Shown one piece after another: positions 35,162-43,576 of a stretch of 64,000 nucleotides of DNA. The notes beneath the pieces were generated by a model, which worked only from the letters and a program-made list of their open reading frames with translations, had not been told where the DNA came from and did not search any database. The stretch's first letter is position 1, and each line of letters begins with the position of its first letter. This DNA is from a virus. The stretch lies in the IMG/VR virus record IMGVR_UViG_3300045974_000198; one strand, given 5' to 3'. Made by a program: the position numbers and the translations under genes.

Positions 35162-36352
35162 ATGGCAAGAACAATTAAGTTAATAATGCTAAGTGAGAAC
35201 AATAATAACAAATACTATACTATGACTGACAATGACACTGGCACTTTCAGTGTTGAGTATGGTAGGGTAGGAACTACTAAACAAACTGGTTCTTATCCAA
35301 TTGGTAGATGGAATGCTATCTATCGGGAGAAGACTGGTAAAGGATACAAAGATGTAACAGACCTCTTCAAGGAGGAAGAAGGCAGTGTTGTGGTGGATTT
35401 TGCTGATATTAATGATGCTGCGGTGGCTCAGCTTGTAGCTAGACTACAGGCGTATGCAAGAAAACAAATTGCTACATCATATAGAGTGACTGCAGATGCT
35501 GTTACAAAGAAACAAATAGATGAAGGGCAGTCTATCTTAAACTCATTGTCTGCAGTTGCAGATCATGAAGCAGCTAACAAATATCTACTTGAATTATATG
35601 CAGTAATCCCAAGACGTATGAGTAATGTGAAAGACCATCTGCTCGCTAGTTGGGACAAGGATTACTTTGAACGAATGCTATCTAAGGAACAAGATCTCCT
35701 TGACACCATGGCTGGTCAAGTAAAGCAGGTTGAACTTGTAAAAGAAAATACTGATGATGCATTAACACTACTTGATGCTCTTGGTCTTGAGATTTATAAT
35801 GTAGTCCCTCATGAGGTCGATGATATCAAGACGCGCCTAGCTGATATAGCTCCAAGGTATCAGTCTTCGTTCAGAGTAACTAATAAGAAGACTCAGAAAA
35901 TGTTTGATGATTATGTTGTTAAGGCTGATAACAAAAGAACTGAACTCTTCTTCCATGGTAGTAGAAATGAGAACTGGATATCTATATTAGAGACAGGACT
36001 TATACTGAGACCAACCAATGCTGTAATCTCTGGCAAGATGTTTGGTTATGGAACTTACTTTGCTGACAAGGCAGTTAAGTCTCTTGGCTATACATCTGCG
36101 CGAGGTTCATGTTGGGCACATGGTTCGTCTACCGAAGCATATATGGCTTTGTTTGATGTGCACTTAGGCAATGCATTGCATACTAAGAACCGAGAAAGCT
36201 GGATGGGAAGTCTTAACGAAGCACAGCTAAAGCAGAGGGGTAACTACGACTCGCTTTTTGCTGAAGGTGGAGCTGACTTGAGAAACAATGAGTATATAGT
36301 TTATCGTGAAGAGCAAAGCACAGTAAAGTATATTATTCAACTTCAAGGATAG
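35162..36352 (+). CDS. WGR-domain poly(ADP-ribose) polymerase (PARP)
   Basis: WGR-like (NNNKYY, VEYGRVG), regulatory Y..IP, catalytic FHGS, GKMFGYGTYFAD, SLGY, NEYIVY (H-Y-E). Confidence 0.9.
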   Translation: MARTIKLIMLSENNNNKYYTMTDNDTGTFSVEYGRVGTTKQTGSYPIGRWNAIYREKTGKGYKDVTDLFKEEEGSVVVDFADINDAAVAQLVARLQAYARKQIATSYRVTADAVTKKQIDEGQSILNSLSAVADHEAANKYLLELYAVIPRRMSNVKDHLLASWDKDYFERMLSKEQDLLDTMAGQVKQVELVKENTDDALTLLDALGLEIYNVVPHEVDDIKTRLADIAPRYQSSFRVTNKKTQKMFDDYVVKADNKRTELFFHGSRNENWISILETGLILRPTNAVISGKMFGYGTYFADKAVKSLGYTSARGSCWAHGSSTEAYMALFDVHLGNALHTKNRESWMGSLNEAQLKQRGNYDSLFAEGGADLRNNEYIVYREEQSTVKYIIQLQG

Positions 36353-36420
36353 TGTTGTGCTATCGGTGAAGGAATAACAAGGACACGCTTACTAAAGAGA
36401 CGTGCCAAAGGAATGTTGAG

Positions 36421-36888
36421 ATGAGAAATGGAAAGAAAATTACGATGGATGTCATTGGTATCATTGTTGATTGGGCCTTGCTTGATGCAGGAACAATCAC
36501 TACTCTGGAGATCAAAAACTATCTCCGAAGCAAAGGGTTCGATGCTCGACAGAAAGAGGTAAGTGAGCTATTAAATGCTTACAAAGAAACCTTTATGGCA
36601 AACGGTTGCACGTATGAGATTGATGATAAGGAATATATTATTAATGTCAAAGACACATCTACCAATGGTGTAGCACATCGTCTGTATTATCTTGAAGAAG
36701 TTGGTGGTGCTATCGGTGATGGAGTTGCTGTGTCAACTGCACCTGCTGGACAGTATACATCTATTGCTGATGTAATTGCTGCTTTCCCTGGTGTTAAATC
36801 AAATGCTATTGCAGCACTGTGTCAGTCTGCTGGTATAAGTGCTACTGAATATCAGGTGCGCGGTATCAAAGCTAGTTTGAATAGATAA
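36421..36888 (+). CDS. hypothetical protein, possibly DNA-binding
   Basis: 155-aa ORF. Confidence 0.6.
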   Translation: MRNGKKITMDVIGIIVDWALLDAGTITTLEIKNYLRSKGFDARQKEVSELLNAYKETFMANGCTYEIDDKEYIINVKDTSTNGVAHRLYYLEEVGGAIGDGVAVSTAPAGQYTSIADVIAAFPGVKSNAIAALCQSAGISATEYQVRGIKASLNR

Positions 36889-37073
36889 CAATGAAGAACT
36901 TTGTCTGTTCTGCTGCTGATTTATGTCCGAATGTATGTCCTCACAAAGAGTTACATGATGAGTCTAGAGAGCCTGAGTGTTCAACAATTTCGTGTGGCTG
37001 CGACTGGGCTAGACATCTTGGTTTAAAAATCGTCTGCGTGGAAGTAGATCCACTCAGAAAAAGGAAGTTATAA

Positions 37074-37505
37074 ATGAGTTTGTTTGTAGAGATAAAGGCA
37101 GCACGGATGAAAGCCTTCAAAGAAAAAGATAGCATTGCCAAAGATATTCTTGGTGTGTTACTTGCTGAGTCAAGCAAGGCTGTCAAAGAGCCCGCTGATG
37201 AGCAGGTAATTCAAGCTCTGAAGAAACTGATTGAAAGCAATGCAGATACAATTAAGCTTATGATACAGCAAGATACATATAGTGCTGAAGAAGTCATTAA
37301 GCTTGAATTGCAGGTTGATGCTCTTAAAATATTCTTACCAAAGCAATTGTCTGAAGATGCTATGAAGCAAGCTGTAAAGTATGCTCGGACATTAGGACAC
37401 GATAACCTTGGTGCTATCATGCGATGGATGAAAGAAAATTATAACGGCAGGTACGACGGAACGATCTTGAGTCGACTTGTTAAAGAGGAATTAACCAATG
37501 AGTGA
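37074..37505 (+). CDS. GatB/YqeY-domain protein
   Basis: AMKAF...FLPKQLSED...GAIM pattern. Confidence 0.8.
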   Translation: MSLFVEIKAARMKAFKEKDSIAKDILGVLLAESSKAVKEPADEQVIQALKKLIESNADTIKLMIQQDTYSAEEVIKLELQVDALKIFLPKQLSEDAMKQAVKYARTLGHDNLGAIMRWMKENYNGRYDGTILSRLVKEELTNE

Positions 37506-37750
37506 TAGTAAATTCACAGAAACTCAAGCAGTTAGGGCACTTAGTGCCAAAGGTTGCAAGTTTTCAAGCAGAAGTGTTGATGTGCCTGCTGAAGGACTAG
37601 GAATAAAATCCCTAGCTAAACTTGACTATCTTGTTAACTGGCTGGAGTACCGGGTCAGACTTTTACCTAAGAAGAATAATCCGGTGCTATCTAACGGCGG
37701 GAGTTGAGAGCCATACTTATATAGAGATTATTATTGGAAGAGTAGTAAAG

Positions 37751-37782
37751 GATAGCTACATGCAGAGATGTATGTAGCTGTC
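37751..37782. other. 13-bp hairpin upstream of the RT
   Basis: GATAGCTACATGC-AGAGAT-GTATGTAGCTGTC. Confidence 0.7.
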
Positions 37783-37808
37783 AGTTTAATTCCTCATGGA
37801 GAATAGAA

Positions 37809-38546
37809 GTGATAGACTTAACAGATAAAGCAAGCCTCTATAACATCTTTCATATCAAGAAGCCTAATGGTAAGTACAGGACTATCTATGCGCCATGCGA
37901 TCAGCTAAAGGCTGAACAAAGAGCGATAGCATCAAGACTTGACATCATACAACTCTCTGAACATGCTTACGGTTTCAGGGCTGGTGTCTGTATAGCTGAT
38001 GCTACGCGTCAACACGTAGGAAAAGATTGGGTTATCACAATGGACATCTACAATTTCTTTCCATCTATCACTAGTGATATGATGCCATTTCTCACGGACT
38101 ATGAGAAAGAAGTTGTAACGTTAAGAGGGAGGCTCGTACAAGGCAGCCCTTGTAGCCCAGTAATATCTAATATCATTATGCTAGGAGTTGATGAAGAGTT
38201 TGGAAGACACTTCAATGAACTTGGTATAGAGTATAGTAGATATGCCGACGACATGACGATTAGTGGGGCGGGTAAGCCGTCCTGGCAGTATGTGAACTAT
38301 ATAGGTGAACATCTGCTAAAGATTGGACTTAGACTAAATCGTGAGAAGATAAAGTTTATGTTCAAGAATGAACAACAAAAGGTGTTAGGTCTACGTCTTA
38401 ACGATAAAATAAGTGTAGACAGAACAACAAGAAAGAGGCTAAGAGCCAAGGTAGTGCAGAAGAACCTTACTATATCTGATAGAGGTATGTTGTCGTTCAT
38501 CAAGAGCGTTAACCCTGATCAGTATTACAACATATTAGGACTATAG
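37809..38546 (+). CDS. compact retron-like reverse transcriptase (245 aa)
   Basis: KKPNGKYRTIYAP, HAYGFR, MDIYNFFPSI, QGSPCSP, YSRYADDMTISG, QKVLGL (VTG-like region 7). Confidence 0.9.
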   Translation: MIDLTDKASLYNIFHIKKPNGKYRTIYAPCDQLKAEQRAIASRLDIIQLSEHAYGFRAGVCIADATRQHVGKDWVITMDIYNFFPSITSDMMPFLTDYEKEVVTLRGRLVQGSPCSPVISNIIMLGVDEEFGRHFNELGIEYSRYADDMTISGAGKPSWQYVNYIGEHLLKIGLRLNREKIKFMFKNEQQKVLGLRLNDKISVDRTTRKRLRAKVVQKNLTISDRGMLSFIKSVNPDQYYNILGL

Positions 38547-38554
38547 TAAGAAGG

Positions 38555-39275
38555 GATTGTTGTTTCGACAATCTTAATCTGAACTTCCGTCTGCTAAAAC
38601 CATCCATTGAAGAAGATTCCTCAGAGAATTTCTTCAACATCCCGTTTTAGCAGTGGCTGCAGGCAGCAACTGCAGCTGAAGGATAGCACGAGCATGCTTA
38701 ATCAGACACCCTGATTTGGAAGCTGAAGGCTAGCACACTTCCGGAAGGACATCCCAGCTTAAAGAAGGAAGTGGATCCATCTTGATCCACACCCGGATAA
38801 CTGGAGATCTACCCAATTGTCTGGAGAGGAGCGAAGACGACAACGTCGTGAGACCAAGTCATCCCAGTCCCAGAATAACCATGGCCAAAAGCCATGGCCA
38901 CTAGGCAGCCCGCCTGGTTGGTCCCCTAAAGGACCCGTGGTCCGACTTAGTGTCGGGTTACCCAGGCCCTGGTCACCCAGGAGATGGGCGCTGAATTCCA
39001 GTGAAGCTTCGAGATAACGTGAGACTAACGTTGATATCGAGAGCTCCACCATCGAGTGAAGAACTCGAGCAGGTGCACTAACAAGGTGCACATGCATCTC
39101 GAGAAATCTTCGAATGCATTCTTCGAATGCTTTCAGCTCTGAAAGACAAAAGGGTTATCTCACTCGATGCCACGTGTATATTAAAGCTACATGTGGATGG
39201 TGGGTTAACACACTAGTAAAAGATTGAGATAACAAGTTTTAAAATGTAGCTTTTGTAGGACAAGGTATATCCTTG
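38555..39275. ncRNA. hairpin- and palindrome-dense noncoding region, candidate RT template
   Basis: Long hairpin 38591-38653, many short hairpins, about 30 perfect 6-bp palindromes counted by eye; no credible ORF. Confidence 0.6.
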
Positions 39276-39327
39276 AATGGGCGATGGCATTACGGTGTCA
39301 TCGCTCTACCTGTTTCAAGGAGACAAG

Positions 39328-40260
39328 ATGGACGAGTTTACATTAGCATTTGATGGCACTGAAGATGAAAATCCTTTTGCACCACATAATGACCATGACG
39401 GGGACCGGATAGTCAGAATGGTGATAAGGCATCCACATCCACGTGTTGCTGATGAATATGAAGAGTTGTGCCGCAGAGGCCGCCACGGTATACGGTTAGT
39501 AGATGTAAAAACTATCCCTTTCTGTGGACCTGATCACGCGAATATACTTACAACTTTATTTGGTCCACTGATAAGCAAGATACAGATAAAAGATAAACGT
39601 GTGCTATCAGTGCCAGTGTATAGATTTCTACGTAAGAGTGGTATATCTACGGATGTGCTATCGGTGACGGATGAGCTGTATGCTGCTGGTATGGACTTCA
39701 TACTTGCAGGTGGGAAATTAATAGACTTTTGTAATAATGTTCCTATGGGGCAGTCATTTAATGACTATGATATATGGTTCTTGAATAGAGAAAATCTACT
39801 TAAGACGTGCAGTCTATTAATAGGACAGGGCTACTATATGGTGGCCGATAAGGGTCATGTGATTGAATATGTTCATTTAGAACGTAAGATAAAACTGCAA
39901 CTTATAAAGACCATATACTCATGTATTGAAGAGATACTTGAAGTGTTTGACTTACGATGTTGTGCTGTTGCTTACGATGGTAAAAGAATCCATTGGTTAA
40001 GACATGCGCTTAAAGACATCAAATACAAAAGAATAGTAGTGAAAAACTTGGAACCTTACCCAATGATATGGGTTAGAATTGCCAAGTATATTAGCAAGGG
40101 CTATACATTGACAGCCCCAGATGCTGCCTTAGCTTCCATCGCATTCCTTATGTCTATTGAGAACAAAGCTTCAGAGCTATTCACTCAGAGAGACAGGACG
40201 TGGTTAGACATGGCTGTAGAACGTGCGGATGATGACTATACAAGTAATTATCCAATCTAA
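39328..40260 (+). CDS. Pol-beta/poly(A)-polymerase-like nucleotidyltransferase
   Basis: ILAGG...NDYDIWF, LQLI and FDLRCCAVAYD motifs. Confidence 0.7.
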   Translation: MDEFTLAFDGTEDENPFAPHNDHDGDRIVRMVIRHPHPRVADEYEELCRRGRHGIRLVDVKTIPFCGPDHANILTTLFGPLISKIQIKDKRVLSVPVYRFLRKSGISTDVLSVTDELYAAGMDFILAGGKLIDFCNNVPMGQSFNDYDIWFLNRENLLKTCSLLIGQGYYMVADKGHVIEYVHLERKIKLQLIKTIYSCIEEILEVFDLRCCAVAYDGKRIHWLRHALKDIKYKRIVVKNLEPYPMIWVRIAKYISKGYTLTAPDAALASIAFLMSIENKASELFTQRDRTWLDMAVERADDDYTSNYPI

Positions 40261-40371
40261 CAATTGAATACATATATAAGATGCTATAGCATCAAACACC
40301 TTTCTGTAAAACTTTCGTTGCACTAAATCAAAAATCAAGAAACCGCACATATGCGGAATGAGGAGTCTATC

Positions 40372-40572
40372 ATGGCTATTACTACTACTAAGGTTGAATT
40401 CACGAACGCTTCTGAAGTTGCCACTCTTACCGGCAACGTTGCAGCTGCTACTGTAAAGTCGCAGTTCGTCAGCATCTATCCGTTCCTTGAGAACTGTACC
40501 TTCACTGAGAAGGTTGAAGGTTCTGTGAAGACCATTACGTTCAGCGAGCAGACCGGCACCAAAGGCTGCTAA
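40372..40572 (+). CDS. ubiquitin-like small protein (PRTRC protein C-like)
   Basis: 66 aa, YPFL motif, ends GTKG plus one extra Cys; GAGGAG RBS. Confidence 0.75.
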   Translation: MAITTTKVEFTNASEVATLTGNVAAATVKSQFVSIYPFLENCTFTEKVEGSVKTITFSEQTGTKGC

Positions 40573-40579
40573 GACACGT

Positions 40580-40612
40580 GCGGGGAGATGATGTTTTGTC
40601 TCCCCGCTTTTT
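40580..40612 (+). terminator. intrinsic terminator directly after the Ubl gene
   Basis: GCGGGGAGA/TCTCCCCGC plus TTTTT. Confidence 0.8.
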
Positions 40613-40629
40613 ACTTTAAGGAGAAACTT

Positions 40630-40998
40630 ATGGCAATGTCACAACCTACATCAGATGGTCTGCTGATTGCTTTAACAGCAGCAACTGATGAGTCTGCTGT
40701 ATTAAAAGTAGTAGACTTTAGCTTTCTTGAAGCTGGAATTGAAACTATTCTTAATGCTAATTCTTCTAAGAAGCTCTCACTCATACCTGATATAGAGGAA
40801 CTCATTGCTAAGGGACTCGAAATTATTAGTGAAGCTTTTGAGTCTGTTGAGAGCTATAGAGAACTATTAGATACCTTACAAGGTCTACATAGTAATTGTG
40901 AGTTTGATTATTTCAAGGCCATGCTTATGTTCGAGCCGAATGCCGACAATGGAGAACCAATAGATGATGCAAATAGCGATGTTTCAACAGCTAACTGA
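40630..40998 (+). CDS. hypothetical protein of the Ubl cassette
   Basis: AAGGAG RBS; acidic. Confidence 0.6.
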   Translation: MAMSQPTSDGLLIALTAATDESAVLKVVDFSFLEAGIETILNANSSKKLSLIPDIEELIAKGLEIISEAFESVESYRELLDTLQGLHSNCEFDYFKAMLMFEPNADNGEPIDDANSDVSTAN

Positions 40999-41902
40999 AG
41001 CTGCTAATATATATCTTAGCGCTTATCTTCAAACAAATTTCTTTAACAATAAAATTATTAAGTCAAGCACTTTTCGTCCTGCTGTATCAACGCAAGAGCT
41101 TGAAAGAAAAATAGTTTATTTTCTAAAATCTCTTACAATAAAATCTCTTACAGCAGCAGATTTGCTTAAAGATATATCAAGAGTCTCTGTAAGAAATAAT
41201 AGCCTTACTATCTGCTTTAATTATGCAGCAGTTCTGCCTAATGGCACAATAGATATGAGGAGTATTATCTCGCGGCTTATGAGTGGTGAACTTGAAGCAA
41301 TACTCAATAGGCAGTCTTATCTTGATCTTATCCGTAATGTTCAAGGGGTTGTGGACCGTCGCTTTATGAACCTTGACTGCAGCATACATGACATGCACAT
41401 ATATTTATCACCTTATATCTGGCATAACTCTTCTGTTTCTGATGGATACAATGTATTGGAAAGGCCTATCCTTCAGAAAGCTAAGTTGATATATGATATT
41501 CTTGTTAACGTTGGAGATATTTGTGTTGAGGTAGCGAACTATCGTAATCGCTGCATAAGTATAGTTAATGCTGATGGCACACCTAATGATGCATATCGTT
41601 TTAATATGCTTGAGCTTTATTATATTGCTAAGCAAACTAATGTTGCTTCTATTGGTGATCGTTTGCAGCGAATGATATTCCGTGAAGTTATTGTAAACTT
41701 TACTAGTCTTGTTACTACTGGTGTTGATCTTAAGTCTATTGTATATGACCTTAGCTATTTTGTAGCTGGAGATTTGATACGTATTGGCACAAGGCATGGT
41801 GGTAGTAACTTAGATATGACAAGAATTACAGAACTTAATGTATTTATTAAGGCAAAATGCACTGAGAATAATGTAACAGTGGCAGCTCTTGGAGGGGCAT
41901 GA
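40964..41902 (+). CDS. hypothetical protein of the Ubl cassette
   Basis: 312-aa ORF coupled to neighbours. Confidence 0.65.
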   Translation: MMQIAMFQQLTEAANIYLSAYLQTNFFNNKIIKSSTFRPAVSTQELERKIVYFLKSLTIKSLTAADLLKDISRVSVRNNSLTICFNYAAVLPNGTIDMRSIISRLMSGELEAILNRQSYLDLIRNVQGVVDRRFMNLDCSIHDMHIYLSPYIWHNSSVSDGYNVLERPILQKAKLIYDILVNVGDICVEVANYRNRCISIVNADGTPNDAYRFNMLELYYIAKQTNVASIGDRLQRMIFREVIVNFTSLVTTGVDLKSIVYDLSYFVAGDLIRIGTRHGGSNLDMTRITELNVFIKAKCTENNVTVAALGGA

Positions 41903-41903
41903 G

Positions 41904-42623
41904 ATGAAGATTGAAAATGTTGATATAAAAATTGTTGGCAATGCCGCTGTTATAAGTTTACCGCAAATGGATGGTTCGAGAATGTCGAAGACTGTTAGTT
42001 TGCAAACACTTGTAAAAGCCTTCCAAGAAAATGCAAGCGGTATTGAAACACCAGTGCTACCTTTTGGTGCCATTAAGTATAAAGAGAGAGGAAATACTTC
42101 TATCCTTGCTGTTTATCATGAACCTACGTCTTTTACAGCACGCTTTGATGGTGACTTGAGTGAGAGCACTCAAGCTGTTTATCGTGGCGGCGACGGTATC
42201 TGCACGTTTGAAAATGTTAAACGTGGTGGTATCGTTATGGTATACTATCTGTGCAAGAATAGTAATGGGACATTCTCTATGTCTGATACCAGATGTTATG
42301 GTATCAAAGATCATCCTTTAACATTCAATGATAACACTGAATGTTTTATGGTGCCGTTCCCTAATGTCGGGAAAGATAATGGCTGGGTATGTTGGGGAGA
42401 TAACCGTGTTGGTGGCGAGTATCGTTCTCTCTGTGGCTTTAGAAGCTTTGCAGATATACTCTTCAATTCAAAATTTAACAATGACCTTTTTGACAATCGT
42501 ATCCTTCGTGGGTTTGATATCAACCATCCTATTGACCTTTTTGTCAAGCTACAAGGACTGGAATCTTTTCCTGACGAATATCTTATAATGCCTGGCGCAC
42601 CAATTACCTTAGGAGGTTTCTAA
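41904..42623 (+). CDS. prokaryotic E2-like protein (PRTRC protein B-like)
   Basis: PFPNV..NGWVCWG catalytic-Cys motif, FFNSxFN-like motif. Confidence 0.75.
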   Translation: MKIENVDIKIVGNAAVISLPQMDGSRMSKTVSLQTLVKAFQENASGIETPVLPFGAIKYKERGNTSILAVYHEPTSFTARFDGDLSESTQAVYRGGDGICTFENVKRGGIVMVYYLCKNSNGTFSMSDTRCYGIKDHPLTFNDNTECFMVPFPNVGKDNGWVCWGDNRVGGEYRSLCGFRSFADILFNSKFNNDLFDNRILRGFDINHPIDLFVKLQGLESFPDEYLIMPGAPITLGGF

Positions 42624-42624
42624 T

Positions 42625-43566
42625 ATGCCATGTTTGTTCCCTGTTTATCAAGAGCCACCCGATGGCACGTTGCAGCCGGGTAATATAGCTCAGTATAATA
42701 TTTGTGAGAATGGTATCTTTCTCACCAAGTCTATGTGTGGTGGTGCCATTACCGTTAAGGTTGATGGTCTTCCTGGTTGTGGCACTGGTAGAGAAATTGT
42801 TAAAATTCTCAAGCGCAAGATGCCTATGTCAATCTTCTGGCAGACAGTGGACTTCTTCAAGCATGTTGAAGATCACTTTAAAGAGGATGGACTTGAAGCT
42901 TATATTCTTGTAGGATATGATCCGAAAGAGAATAAGTTCTTCTTGTCCGTGCCACCTCAGAAAGTTGGCTGTGCTTCTGTGGAGTATGATATCTCTACCT
43001 TTAGAGCTGAGCATCCAGGCTGCTATATTGTTATGGATATCCATTCACATACATCACGTATGGGTGCCTTTTTCTCTGGCACTGATGACAATGATGACAA
43101 TAGAGATAGATTTTCTATGGTGCTAGGTATGATTTCGAAGATCATCCCTGAGTATAAGGTGCGCTTCTCTACTATGAGTAGACGTCAGGACTATGACCTC
43201 GAAGATATCTTTGAGGACTCTGACGAAGCTGTTGAGATGGAGTCTGTCGAGACTGCTATGAATAAGATTCTTTATACCAAAGTTTCTTATGTCTACAGTG
43301 GGAAAGGTGCAGCCTATGCTTATGGCTATAATGGGTTTGATTGGGAAGACTACTATTCTTCTGGTGACTACAAGACTGCTAAGCATGAAGGTAATAGTTG
43401 GCAGAATGGTGTCAAGAATAAGTGCTCCGAAAAAAACGAAAAGACAAACGTAATTCCCCTTCGAGCAGACGCACCATCAGCGAAAGATGAAGAGCAAGAA
43501 ATCTATGCAGCAATAGCTTCTAAGCTACAGAATGCAGACGGAATGTTCCTGATTTCAGGACTATAA
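42625..43566 (+). CDS. JAB/JAMM metallopeptidase (PRTRC protein A-like)
   Basis: ENGIFL, conserved E, DIHSHT..GAFFSGTDDNDD. Confidence 0.85.
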   Translation: MPCLFPVYQEPPDGTLQPGNIAQYNICENGIFLTKSMCGGAITVKVDGLPGCGTGREIVKILKRKMPMSIFWQTVDFFKHVEDHFKEDGLEAYILVGYDPKENKFFLSVPPQKVGCASVEYDISTFRAEHPGCYIVMDIHSHTSRMGAFFSGTDDNDDNRDRFSMVLGMISKIIPEYKVRFSTMSRRQDYDLEDIFEDSDEAVEMESVETAMNKILYTKVSYVYSGKGAAYAYGYNGFDWEDYYSSGDYKTAKHEGNSWQNGVKNKCSEKNEKTNVIPLRADAPSAKDEEQEIYAAIASKLQNADGMFLISGL

Positions 43567-43576
43567 AGGAGAGCCA

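Noticed and set aside
38759-39097. Track ORFs 38759-39097 (-) and 38817-39017 (+)
   Set aside because: No clear RBS, Pro/Arg/Ser-rich composition unlike neighbouring proteins; likely by-products of higher GC.
38657-39217. Cloning-vector polylinker contamination
   Set aside because: Site order and spacing do not match the pUC-type MCS as I recall it, sites are embedded in hairpins, and flanks join natural genes; read-level confirmation is still advisable.
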